From an uncultured Chitinophaga sp. (GTDB lineage Bacteria > Bacteroidota > Bacteroidia > Chitinophagales > LD1), in NCBI GenBank assembly GCA_964493695.1, contig CAZBPG010000001.1:71645-135644 (forward strand): 64,000 nucleotides of DNA, read 5' to 3'. Position 1 is the first letter of the stretch, and each line of letters begins with the position of its first letter. Below are positions 27,010 through 35,400 of the stretch, piece by piece. The translations under genes were made by a program, and so were the position numbers. Below the pieces are notes generated by a model. That model searched no databases. It saw only the letters and a program-made list of their open reading frames with translations, and had not been told where the DNA came from.

Positions 27010-28368
27010 ATGACAACCAAACAAATTCTCGAGTACGTAAAGAATCATCCTTCGCAAAAAGTAAAAGTTGCGGTTACAGATATTGATGGAATACTTCGCG
27101 GCAAATACATGAGTGCCGAAAAATTTCTCTCAGTGGCCGATTCCAGTTTCGGGTTTTGCGATGTAGTGTTCGGTTGGGACGCCAATGATTTAGCGTATGA
27201 TAACGCACAATACACAGGCTGGCATACCGGTTACCCCGATGCAAAAGCAACTATTGATTTAAGCACGTTCCGTAAGATTCCCTGGGAAAACGATGTGCCT
27301 TTTTTTCTTGGCGAATTTGTAGGTGATAAAAATCAACCGCTTCCGGTTTGTCCGCGCCAGCTTTTGAAAAGAATAATTGGTGAAGCGGATAAAGCAGGCT
27401 TTGCTCCATTTATGTCGCAGGAGTTTGAATGGTTCAATTTCGAAGAAACCCCACAAACTCTGCACGATAAAAACTTCAGCAAACTTCAACCGCTTACACC
27501 CGGCATGTTTGGTTATTCTATTTTACGCAGCACTTACCGTAACGATTTTTTCAATGCCCTTTTCGATGGCATGAAAAATTTCAATGTTCCGTTAGAAGGG
27601 TTGCATACAGAAACCGGTCCCGGGGTTTATGAAGCAGCTATTACTTATTCGGCTCCGCTTGAAGCCGCAGACCGTGCGGTGCTTTTTAAAACAGCCGCAA
27701 AAGAAATCGCTTACAAGCATGGCATCATCGCTACGTTTATGGCAAAGTTCAACGAAAACTTACCGGGGTGCAGCGGGCACATTCACCAAAGCTTATGGGA
27801 TAAGAAGGCAACAAAGAATCTTTTCCATGAAGAGAAAGACAAAAATAAAATGAGCGAGCTATTCAAAAGCTATTTAGCCGGTCAGCTTTTTTGTCTGCCG
27901 CACATTTTGCCGATGGTTGCTCCCACCATAAATTCATACAAACGATTAGTAGAAGGTGCATGGGCGCCAACTACCGTAACCTGGAGTGTAGACAACAGAA
28001 CAGTTGCGTTGCGTGCCCTGCCCGGTGGAAGTAAATCATCGCGCTTGGAAACGCGTGTTGTGGGCAGCGATACCAACCCATATCTCGCCATAGCGGCATG
28101 TTTAGCAGCTGGTTTATATGGAATAAGAAAAAACCTGAAATTGAAGCAACCGGCCACGTTGGGTAACGGCTATCGCGATGAAAGCAACGGACGCTTTCCG
28201 AAAAACCTACACGATGCAACAGTAGCTATGCGCGATTCAAAAATTTCCAACGAACTGTTCGGAGAAAAATTTGTGCAACACTTTACACAAACCCGCGAAT
28301 GGGAATGGAAGCAGTTTGCAAAGGTTGTTACTGACTGGGAATTGAAACGATATCTGGAAATCATTTAA
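27010..28368 (+). CDS. Glutamine-synthetase-family gamma-glutamyl ligase (PuuA/GlnA4-like)
   Basis: 452 aa with a GS beta-grasp N-domain and catalytic domain (HTETGPGVYE, SGHIHQSLW, NSYKRL, NRTVALR...SRLETR). Confidence 0.85.
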   Translation: MTTKQILEYVKNHPSQKVKVAVTDIDGILRGKYMSAEKFLSVADSSFGFCDVVFGWDANDLAYDNAQYTGWHTGYPDAKATIDLSTFRKIPWENDVPFFLGEFVGDKNQPLPVCPRQLLKRIIGEADKAGFAPFMSQEFEWFNFEETPQTLHDKNFSKLQPLTPGMFGYSILRSTYRNDFFNALFDGMKNFNVPLEGLHTETGPGVYEAAITYSAPLEAADRAVLFKTAAKEIAYKHGIIATFMAKFNENLPGCSGHIHQSLWDKKATKNLFHEEKDKNKMSELFKSYLAGQLFCLPHILPMVAPTINSYKRLVEGAWAPTTVTWSVDNRTVALRALPGGSKSSRLETRVVGSDTNPYLAIAACLAAGLYGIRKNLKLKQPATLGNGYRDESNGRFPKNLHDATVAMRDSKISNELFGEKFVQHFTQTREWEWKQFAKVVTDWELKRYLEII

Positions 28369-28385
28369 AGTGTGAATTAAATAAA

Positions 28386-28424
28386 ACAGAAACGTCCCGA
28401 ACTTTCGGGACGTTTCTGTTTTAT
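28386..28424. terminator. Bidirectional rho-independent terminator between the GS-like gene (+) and hemD-like gene (-)
   Basis: ACAGAAACGTCCCGAA ct TTCGGGACGTTTCTGT followed by tttt and preceded by aaaa. Confidence 0.85.
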
Positions 28425-28437
28425 GATTTCTCCGGAT

Positions 28438-29370
28438 TTATTTATGCAATTCTTTCAGGTATTGGTCAAGGGCAACTAAAATAGTAGGAGTGTGCCCGAG
28501 TGGAGCCATGATGTGAAGTTTCAATCCTTTGTCAAGTACTGCATCGGCAGTCGTTTTTCCATACGCGCCAATTTTTAACTTCTCCTGTTTAAATTTCGGG
28601 AAACTGTTGAACAACGAATGAATTCCACTTGGGCTAAAGAAAATCAGCATATCGTATTCCGATGGCTTTACCGTTTTCAAATCATTAGGCACTGTGCGAT
28701 ACATCATGCCTTCAGCGTAATTAAAATTGTTAGCTGCCATAAATGCAGGAATTTCATCTTTCCGGACTTCAGCGCAGATATACAAGAAGCGCGTAGCATC
28801 ACGGTGCTTCATCAGCAACATGCGCAGTTCTTTGTTGTTGTTCATGTCGCCATAAAAAACTTTGCGTTTTCTGTATTGTGTATATTTCTGTAAGTACAAG
28901 GCAATAGCCTCACTCGTGCAAAAGAATTTTGTTTCCTGGCTCATCTTTACGCGCAGCTCATCGCAAATGCGGAAGAAGTGGTCAATGGCGTTTCGGCTGG
29001 TAAAAATGATACCGCTGTAATCGTTTAATGCAATGCGTTGCTTTCTGAAATCTTTTCCTGCGACACCTTCCACTTTAACAAAAGGCGAGAAATTTATCTT
29101 CAGTTTATATTTCTCGGCTAAATCGAAGTAGGGCGATTTAGGTCCTTCAGGTTGCGGCTGCGCAATCAGTATATGTTTGATTTTGTTCTTAGGCTCTTTA
29201 GAAATTAACTCCGCGTAGTTCTTCTCGGGGCGTTGAGGTATAATGATTTGCGGCTTGGCGGGTTTTTCTGACTTGGCTAAAAAAGAAGTAGCACTCTTAT
29301 CAGGTGATATCACATCAGCCTTTTTTTTCAGAGTGCTACTACTGTTGGATGTTTTGCTGCTTTTGTTCAA
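28438..29370 (-). CDS. Uroporphyrinogen-III synthase (HemD)-like protein with long Lys/Ser-rich N-terminal extension; probable true start at 29501 across an A10 frameshift
   Basis: The HemD-like core starts near IKHILIAQPQPEG, and there is no ATG upstream of it. The ORF track uses TTG at 29370. See the frameshift finding. Confidence 0.7.
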   Translation of the reverse strand: MNKSSKTSNSSSTLKKKADVISPDKSATSFLAKSEKPAKPQIIIPQRPEKNYAELISKEPKNKIKHILIAQPQPEGPKSPYFDLAEKYKLKINFSPFVKVEGVAGKDFRKQRIALNDYSGIIFTSRNAIDHFFRICDELRVKMSQETKFFCTSEAIALYLQKYTQYRKRKVFYGDMNNNKELRMLLMKHRDATRFLYICAEVRKDEIPAFMAANNFNYAEGMMYRTVPNDLKTVKPSEYDMLIFFSPSGIHSLFNSFPKFKQEKLKIGAYGKTTADAVLDKGLKLHIMAPLGHTPTILVALDQYLKELHK

Positions 29371-29426
29371 CCCCTTCTTCGAAGAAGCCGTTCTCAGCGC
29401 AGACTTTTTAGAAGATGCCCGCTTAC

Positions 29427-29501
29427 TTATTTTTTTTTTGCGGCTTTCTTCTTAGCAGGCTTCTTGGCTGCTTTTTTTGCGGCTTTCTTTTTTGTTGCCA
29501 T
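29427..29501 (-). CDS. 24-codon Lys/Ala-rich ORF (MATKKKAAKKAAKKPAKKKAAKKK), probably the real 5' end of the hemD-like gene
   Basis: The ATG lies 4 nt after the DUF4271 stop. The ORF ends at a TAA created by the reading frame of a 10-A run, and a 1-nt change in that run fuses it to the hemD-like frame. Confidence 0.4.
   Translation of the reverse strand: MATKKKAAKKAAKKPAKKKAAKKK
29430..29439. repeat. Homopolymer T10 (A10 on the coding strand) at the frameshift point of the hemD-like gene
   Basis: Counted directly in the sequence (cttat tttttttttg). Confidence 0.95.
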
Positions 29502-29504
29502 GGT

Positions 29505-30386
29505 TTAGGTAATTGTTTTGGTTAACAATTTGATAAATAGAAATGTTATCGACATCTCTACAACACAAACGTAAATAAAAAAGTGATACACACTTCTGTA
29601 CAGCAATTTGTATGCTGTGGATAACGCTCGCCAAGCAAAAATTATTGCGAACACAGCAAAAAACAAAATCGTAATCAGAAAAATAAAATTGAAAAACTTC
29701 ACCGGTGCCACATAAAATATAAATAACGCTGGAAGCAGCGTCAATCCTAATGTTTTGCAGAGTGTAGTGAAATTGAAAATATATTCATCGCACACTTGTT
29801 GAAGTTCAAAAATCTTTCCAATGAATTGCAGTGCAATGATTTTTGCGAGGTAAAAAAATGTGAATAAAAAGATTAAAAAAAGTACGGAAGAAAAATTATC
29901 AAGCGATAAAACATGAAAGTATTTCATCAAAAAAAAACGCACATACAAACTAACTGTCACTATAAAATTTGCATTCAGCAAAACATCTGCAAAAGAAATT
30001 TCACCGGACTGTGTTCTGAAAATTTGCTGTGATAAATTCTGGTTGAGTACTGACTGCAACATCTCTTCCAGGTATTTGCTGAAGGCTGTTTTTACGTAGG
30101 TAAGAGCGGCTAACAATACCATCAGCATTATGAAAACGAATCCGTTTCGCTTAGATGAATTGAACTGCTGAATATCATTCCTTATCGGCTTGTCCGCTTC
30201 CGCCAAAAACGATTTATGGTTGGCATAGTGTGAGTAATTTTGATTGATGACTGAATCAACTGAAGAATACTTCGCAGCCAAAATTGAATCAGCAGTATGT
30301 TTCAAAACGAGTGAATCTTTTTGCGAAAATCCGCTGATAGCGATAAAGACAAATAGAAAAACAGTAGAGAGAACCTTCTTTATCAC
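29505..30386 (-). CDS. DUF4271-like polytopic membrane protein
   Basis: 293 aa with a signal/anchor plus about 6 TM. The position next to a hemD-like gene is the usual Bacteroidota arrangement for this family. Confidence 0.65.
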   Translation of the reverse strand: MIKKVLSTVFLFVFIAISGFSQKDSLVLKHTADSILAAKYSSVDSVINQNYSHYANHKSFLAEADKPIRNDIQQFNSSKRNGFVFIMLMVLLAALTYVKTAFSKYLEEMLQSVLNQNLSQQIFRTQSGEISFADVLLNANFIVTVSLYVRFFLMKYFHVLSLDNFSSVLFLIFLFTFFYLAKIIALQFIGKIFELQQVCDEYIFNFTTLCKTLGLTLLPALFIFYVAPVKFFNFIFLITILFFAVFAIIFAWRALSTAYKLLYRSVYHFFIYVCVVEMSITFLFIKLLTKTIT

Positions 30387-32158
30387 TAAAAATAATTGAC
30401 GTAGCCGATATGAATTTTAGCTGACTTAATGGTGATTTTATTGTCTAACTGTTTCCCCATAGCATAAGTGATTCCGAAGATGCCGACTTTGGTTTCAATA
30501 GCAGCTCCTGCACCAAATCCGAAGGGAAAATCAACCGGACCTTTCCCAACTCTTGTATCTTCCACAACAGCTGCATTGAAGAAAGTACTAAAGTATGAAT
30601 TCTTAGAAAGCAGAAAACGGTATTCAAGGTTTGCCATAGCGTAGTATGGGGTAAAAATAGATTGATCGTCAAAACCGCGCAGAGAGTTTACTCCACCCAA
30701 TCTGTATTTTTCATTTTCAAAAATGTTCGGGCTGAAAAAATATTTTCCTTCAAAGGAGGTCTTGATAGTATGCCGTGGAGCGAGCTTCCAGTATTTATCA
30801 AACGCCAAAGCTATCCGAAACTGAAATGCTTTTAAACGGGCTGTATCGTACAGAAAATCAAAATTACTCCCGGTCACCTCATCAAACAAGCCGACTATGT
30901 TATTGTTTCGCTTTATCTTTTTTAGCCCCGCTGAACCGCTTACTCTTAAAACATAGCCATCCACAGGATTAAATCGATAGTTTAGTTTCTGTAAAAAATA
31001 TTCGAGAGCAAACTCGTTTGTAGTAATGTCAAGGTTTTTGGGTAAGGTGCGTGTTTGTTTTATGTAGCCTGTATCAACGTTGGTGATGATCGAAATCTTT
31101 TGCCGTAACGATGCTTTCAGATAATTGCTTCCCACAAACTGGTACTGTACACCATAGTCTCCATCTATATCTACATAAGAAGTATCGCGTTTGTAAAGTT
31201 GAAACTGCGCATTTATACCGAGAGGAAGCCCGAGCAGATAAGGATATACAAATCTCACATCGAGCTGTTGGGTTTTGGGCTGAAGTTTTTTCCATTGCAG
31301 ATAAAACTCTTCTCCTACCCCGAACAAGCTAAAAAGATGTATTCGCGCTTCACCGGTTATCAAAAGCTTTTGACCCGATGAGCCCGGCAGCAAGCCAAGT
31401 AAAAAATCAAACTGGCTGGCTTTTTTATCCTTTAGATACAAGTTCACTTTTGCTTTTCCGTTTTGAAACAAGACCGTGCGCGGCTGAATAGATTCAACAA
31501 ACTGAAGTTCGTTCAGGCGTTGCTGAATCTTCTTAATGTTCGATTCATTATAAGGTTTGCCTACTTTCAATCCCAGATAGTTTCGAAGGAAAACTTTTTT
31601 CGTTTTTGTTTTGCCGAGTATCTGAATCGAATCGTAGGTTATCAGCTCGTTCTTTTGCAGATAAATTTTTGCAGTGTAAGAATTCTGGAAGGTGGTAAAG
31701 CTGTCAAGTCTGACACTTGCAAACGGGTAGCCTGTGTTTTCGCATTGTTGGATAATTTTTGCTTTCACTACTTCAGCATCTCCAATCGGAATTTTCTTTC
31801 CGTTCAATACCTGGTTTTTAACTCCGGCACTTGCCAGCAGCGAAGGGTCAACATTTCCGTTTTGCAAAACGAGGTTTTCAAACTTATCGCCTACATATAT
31901 GTATATGACAGTTTTTGAGGTATCGCTTTCGGTACTATCGATGGAGGAAGCGAGGTAGCCGAATGACCGAATCTTGCTGAACAATTCTTTCCATTCAAGA
32001 TTCGCCTGCAACGAATCTTTGAAATGGGTTTTGTAAGAGAACTTCTTGGTAAAAAATTCTTTCGGCTTATCGGAACTGACCAACTGCAGCGAATAATTAT
32101 TCTGACTGAAAGAAAATTTCAGCAGCAACAAAAAAAAGATGGTTGATGCAAATCGCAT
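30386..32158 (-). CDS. Omp85/BamA-family outer membrane protein
   Basis: 590 aa with a signal peptide, a POTRA-like N-terminal region and a surface-antigen beta-barrel ending in a C-terminal Phe (GYVNYF). Confidence 0.8.
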   Translation of the reverse strand: MRFASTIFFLLLLKFSFSQNNYSLQLVSSDKPKEFFTKKFSYKTHFKDSLQANLEWKELFSKIRSFGYLASSIDSTESDTSKTVIYIYVGDKFENLVLQNGNVDPSLLASAGVKNQVLNGKKIPIGDAEVVKAKIIQQCENTGYPFASVRLDSFTTFQNSYTAKIYLQKNELITYDSIQILGKTKTKKVFLRNYLGLKVGKPYNESNIKKIQQRLNELQFVESIQPRTVLFQNGKAKVNLYLKDKKASQFDFLLGLLPGSSGQKLLITGEARIHLFSLFGVGEEFYLQWKKLQPKTQQLDVRFVYPYLLGLPLGINAQFQLYKRDTSYVDIDGDYGVQYQFVGSNYLKASLRQKISIITNVDTGYIKQTRTLPKNLDITTNEFALEYFLQKLNYRFNPVDGYVLRVSGSAGLKKIKRNNNIVGLFDEVTGSNFDFLYDTARLKAFQFRIALAFDKYWKLAPRHTIKTSFEGKYFFSPNIFENEKYRLGGVNSLRGFDDQSIFTPYYAMANLEYRFLLSKNSYFSTFFNAAVVEDTRVGKGPVDFPFGFGAGAAIETKVGIFGITYAMGKQLDNKITIKSAKIHIGYVNYF

Positions 32159-32230
32159 TAGTATTGAACGAAGATAACGTGAAAGTGCATTTTGTATTTC
32201 ACTTTGTAGTTCTTACTTCGCAAATTCAAA

Positions 32231-33352
32231 ATGGCAGGCATCTATATTCATATCCCTTTTTGTAAGCAGGCCTGCCATTATTGCAATTTCTATTTCAGCA
32301 CTTCGCTGGGCAATAAAGACAAATTCGTTCAGGCATTGCTGAAAGAAATTGGGTTGAGCAAAGATTACTTAGCGGGCGAAAAAATAGAAACCCTCTATTT
32401 GGGTGGAGGAACACCTTCGCAGTTAAGCATTCAAGATTTAAGGTTGATTACAGATAAACTTCACCTGTATTACGATTTAAGTCAACTGAAAGAATTTACA
32501 ATTGAAACCAATCCTGATGATTTGAAAGAGGAGAAAGGCATTAAAGGAATAGGAACGTTAGGAGTGGACCGTTTTTCCATCGGCATTCAATCTTTTTTTG
32601 ATGAAGATTTAAAATACATGAACCGCGCGCATAATTCCGATGAAGCACTTTCCTCGGTTAAAAGAGTGCAGGATGCCGGTTTTGAAAACATCACGATTGA
32701 TTTAATTTATGGAACTCCCACCATGAATGATGAGAAATGGAAGCAGAACCTTGCCACAGCCTTTTCATTGAACGTTCCGCATATTTCTTCTTACGCTTTA
32801 ACCGTTGAGTCAAAAACATCTTTAGAGAAGAAAATTGCAAAAGGAGAATCGAAACAGGTTGACGAAGAACAATCTGCAAGGCAATTCAAGATGCTGATGA
32901 ACGAAATGCGCATACATGGTTTTGAGCAGTATGAGATTTCAAATTTTGCGCGGAATGGGAAACATGCTGTCCATAATTCCAACTACTGGTTTGGTAAAAA
33001 GTATCTGGGGCTTGGCCCTTCGGCACATTCCTTTAACGGAGTTTCAAGGCGATGGAATGTTTCAAATAATCTGAACTATATCAACAGCATCAACGAAGGC
33101 AAAATTCTTTTTGAGGAAGAGGTGTTGACTGAAGCACAAAAAGTGAATGAGAAAATTATGACTTCACTTCGTACGCAATGGGGCTTAGATATTGCGGAAT
33201 GTGGAACGCGGAACGCGGAATTAATTCAAGAGGGCTCAAAAGAAATTGACCCCACACATTATACGCTTGAAAGCGGAGTTCTTAAATTGACTGACGAAGG
33301 AAAATTGTTTGCCGATTCTATTGCTGCTGCGCTTTTTGTCGAAGAGCAGTAA
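32231..33352 (+). CDS. hemW: Radical SAM heme chaperone HemW (oxygen-independent coproporphyrinogen oxidase-like)
   Basis: 373 aa with CxxxCxxC (CKQACHYC) at the N-terminus and a HemN_C-like tail. Confidence 0.9.
   Translation: MAGIYIHIPFCKQACHYCNFYFSTSLGNKDKFVQALLKEIGLSKDYLAGEKIETLYLGGGTPSQLSIQDLRLITDKLHLYYDLSQLKEFTIETNPDDLKEEKGIKGIGTLGVDRFSIGIQSFFDEDLKYMNRAHNSDEALSSVKRVQDAGFENITIDLIYGTPTMNDEKWKQNLATAFSLNVPHISSYALTVESKTSLEKKIAKGESKQVDEEQSARQFKMLMNEMRIHGFEQYEISNFARNGKHAVHNSNYWFGKKYLGLGPSAHSFNGVSRRWNVSNNLNYINSINEGKILFEEEVLTEAQKVNEKIMTSLRTQWGLDIAECGTRNAELIQEGSKEIDPTHYTLESGVLKLTDEGKLFADSIAAALFVEEQ
33191..33226. repeat. Tandem heptamer (GCGGAAY/GTGGAAC)x4 inside hemW
   Basis: attgcggaat gtggaac gcggaac gcggaat taat, translated as IAECGTRNAELI. 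Confidence 0.75.
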
Positions 33353-33982
33353 TTACTTCCATTCAAATGTTTTCAGCATTTGTTTTACATCGGCTTTTAC
33401 ATAATCAAGCACCGGTGCCATACTGTCGGCATTGGGTGAACTGTAAAAATAAAGTGCTCCGCGAATAAAATGACGATTGCTATCGGTTAGGAAAAACTGA
33501 ACATTACTGGCTGCGTCTCCGCCCAAATCGTAAAGTATCCCGCCAACACCATGTGCGTTATCAATTTTAATCTCGTCAATGTAGTTTGCTTTTTTGGTGT
33601 GCTTAAAAGCCATCTTGTGTGCGTCTTCCACTAAGTGCTCCAGCCTCATCGTATCATTAATGTCCTTGTAAGTAAGATTTACCACTCCGTTAAGCGATGG
33701 GAAGTAAACATTCAGCCAGCATTGGTCGCTTCTCAGTTTGTTTCCAAAATAGGTGGTATCGCGTGATACTTCCGTGTAAACGGGTTTCTCAAATTTAAAC
33801 GGACATTCCTTCGGGTCGTACAATTCATATTTTCTCTCCGGAAAAATTACCCGCGGATATGCCTTTTGTTTGGGAGTGTAATCACCATGACAAGAAGGAA
33901 GGATAACAGATAATAGACAACAGACAACAGACAAAATCCATTTCTGATTTCTGATTTCTGATTTCTGATTTCTAACTCTCAT
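33353..33982 (-). CDS. gldD: Gliding motility lipoprotein GldD
   Basis: 209 aa with a lipobox (LPSC). It shows conserved GldD blocks (YPRV.FPE..Y, LTYK, DAHKM.F.H..KA, FFLTDS..HF.RGALYFY..PN.DS..P) and lies immediately downstream of gldE. Confidence 0.8.
   Translation of the reverse strand: MRVRNQKSEIRNQKWILSVVCCLLSVILPSCHGDYTPKQKAYPRVIFPERKYELYDPKECPFKFEKPVYTEVSRDTTYFGNKLRSDQCWLNVYFPSLNGVVNLTYKDINDTMRLEHLVEDAHKMAFKHTKKANYIDEIKIDNAHGVGGILYDLGGDAASNVQFFLTDSNRHFIRGALYFYSSPNADSMAPVLDYVKADVKQMLKTFEWK
33902..33974. repeat. Two-armed heptamer element at the gldE/gldD junction
   Basis: On the plus strand, (ACAGAYA)x4 at 33902-33935 and (ATTTCTG)x5 at 33940-33974. The arms are about 5/7 complementary per unit. 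Confidence 0.9.
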
Positions 33983-35318
33983 TCGTAATTTTCACTTTTT
34001 CAATCCGGTTATTCAGTACCGATACAATGGTGAATTTATAGTTCTTCATTTTCAGTTCTTCTCCGTTCTTAGGAATTCGACCTGCAATTTCAAGTATCAA
34101 ACCGGCAAGCGATTCTGATTCTCCTTTCGTTTCTTCAAATGTAGCAACGTCTACTTCCATCAAACGGCAGGCATCGGCCAAAGGTGTTTTGCCATCAAAT
34201 AAAAAATTCTTGTCGTCAATTTTTTTGAAGCCGGTTTCAGTAGCCTCATCAAACTCATCCGTAATATCACCTACCACTTCTTCTACAATATCTTCAAGCG
34301 TTATAATTCCGCAAGTGCCCCCGTATTCATCAACTACTACGGCAAGATGTTTTCTGTTCTGCTGAATCTCACGCAGCAGGTCGTCAATCTTTTTTGTTTC
34401 CGGAACAAAAAACGGTTCGCGTATCATGTTCTGCCATCCGAACGCTTCATCCTGATTCAGATGTTCTATCAAATCTTTTATGTTGAGTACACCCACCACG
34501 TTATCAGGGTTTTCTTTGTAAACGGGATAACGCGAATAGCCATTCTCTTTCACAAAAGCCATCAATTCTTTAAAATTGAAATCATAGTCAATAGATACTA
34601 CATCGGTTCGCGGGCGCATCACCTGCTTCACCATAATGTTGCCGAAGTGCACAATCCCCTTCAGTAACTTGGCATCCTGTTTCGACTCTTTTTTCTCAAC
34701 GGTAATTTCAATCGCCTTGTTTATTTCTTCAATATCAATTTCTGCATTGTGCCTCTTTAATCTTTTTTCCAAAGATTGAGTGCCGCCAATCAGAATATAG
34801 TTTACCGGTTGCATTATTTTTACGAGCAGGTTGAAGAAGCCGCTCATAGCACGGGCAATTTTTACTTTGTTATGTGTAGCATAAACCTTCGGAGTGGCTT
34901 CGCCAAACAACACCAGGAAAAAAGTTACAATCAAAACGTTCCAAATAAACTCAATAGCGTAACCGTGCAGCACGAAGTTGCCGATAAGAAAATCCTGAAA
35001 GTTAAACATGCGCTTGGTTACGTAATAGGAGGTAACCACAACGCCAATATTCACCAGGTTGTTGCTGATAAGAATGGTGGATAGAAGATAGCGCGGGCTA
35101 TCGAGCAGTTTTCCAACACGGTTGTCTGCTGCGTCTTCGCTTTCGCGCAAGGCACCAACTTCCACATTGCTCAACGAGAAATACGCAATCTCACTGGCCG
35201 ACATGATAGCGGAACAGATAATTAAAACCAGAATGATAAGATTGGCGATAAAAACAGAAGCGGTAGGCGCGTTAACCAGCGACTGAAGAAAAATTTGCAA
35301 ACTGACGGAAGAATCCAT
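33972..35318 (-). CDS. gldE: Gliding motility protein GldE (CNNM/HlyC-type TM domain + CBS pair + CorC_HlyC)
   Basis: 448 aa with a DUF21 TM region, tandem CBS domains and a CorC C-terminal domain. The synteny ssb-gldE-gldD supports the call. Confidence 0.8.
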   Translation of the reverse strand: MDSSVSLQIFLQSLVNAPTASVFIANLIILVLIICSAIMSASEIAYFSLSNVEVGALRESEDAADNRVGKLLDSPRYLLSTILISNNLVNIGVVVTSYYVTKRMFNFQDFLIGNFVLHGYAIEFIWNVLIVTFFLVLFGEATPKVYATHNKVKIARAMSGFFNLLVKIMQPVNYILIGGTQSLEKRLKRHNAEIDIEEINKAIEITVEKKESKQDAKLLKGIVHFGNIMVKQVMRPRTDVVSIDYDFNFKELMAFVKENGYSRYPVYKENPDNVVGVLNIKDLIEHLNQDEAFGWQNMIREPFFVPETKKIDDLLREIQQNRKHLAVVVDEYGGTCGIITLEDIVEEVVGDITDEFDEATETGFKKIDDKNFLFDGKTPLADACRLMEVDVATFEETKGESESLAGLILEIAGRIPKNGEELKMKNYKFTIVSVLNNRIEKVKITNES

Positions 35319-35331
35319 ATTGGCTGGTGGT

Positions 35332-35394
35332 GAATAGCAAGTGGCGAATGATAAGCAGTAATTTACTGCTCGCTACCCGCCACTTGCTATTTGC
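35332..35394. repeat. Two-armed heptamer palindrome between ssb and gldE (possible terminator/attenuator)
   Basis: GAATAGCAAGTGGCG...AGCAGTAA pairs with TTACTGCT...CGCCACTTGCTATT, giving 15-bp and 8-bp stems separated by one mismatched heptamer. Confidence 0.8.
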
Positions 35395-35400
35395 TGAATA

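Noticed and set aside
29452-29634. 60-aa ORF overlapping the end of the DUF4271 gene
   Set aside because: It is an alternative reading frame nested in the 3' end of the well-supported DUF4271 membrane-protein ORF and the hemD-like leader. It has no distinctive features.
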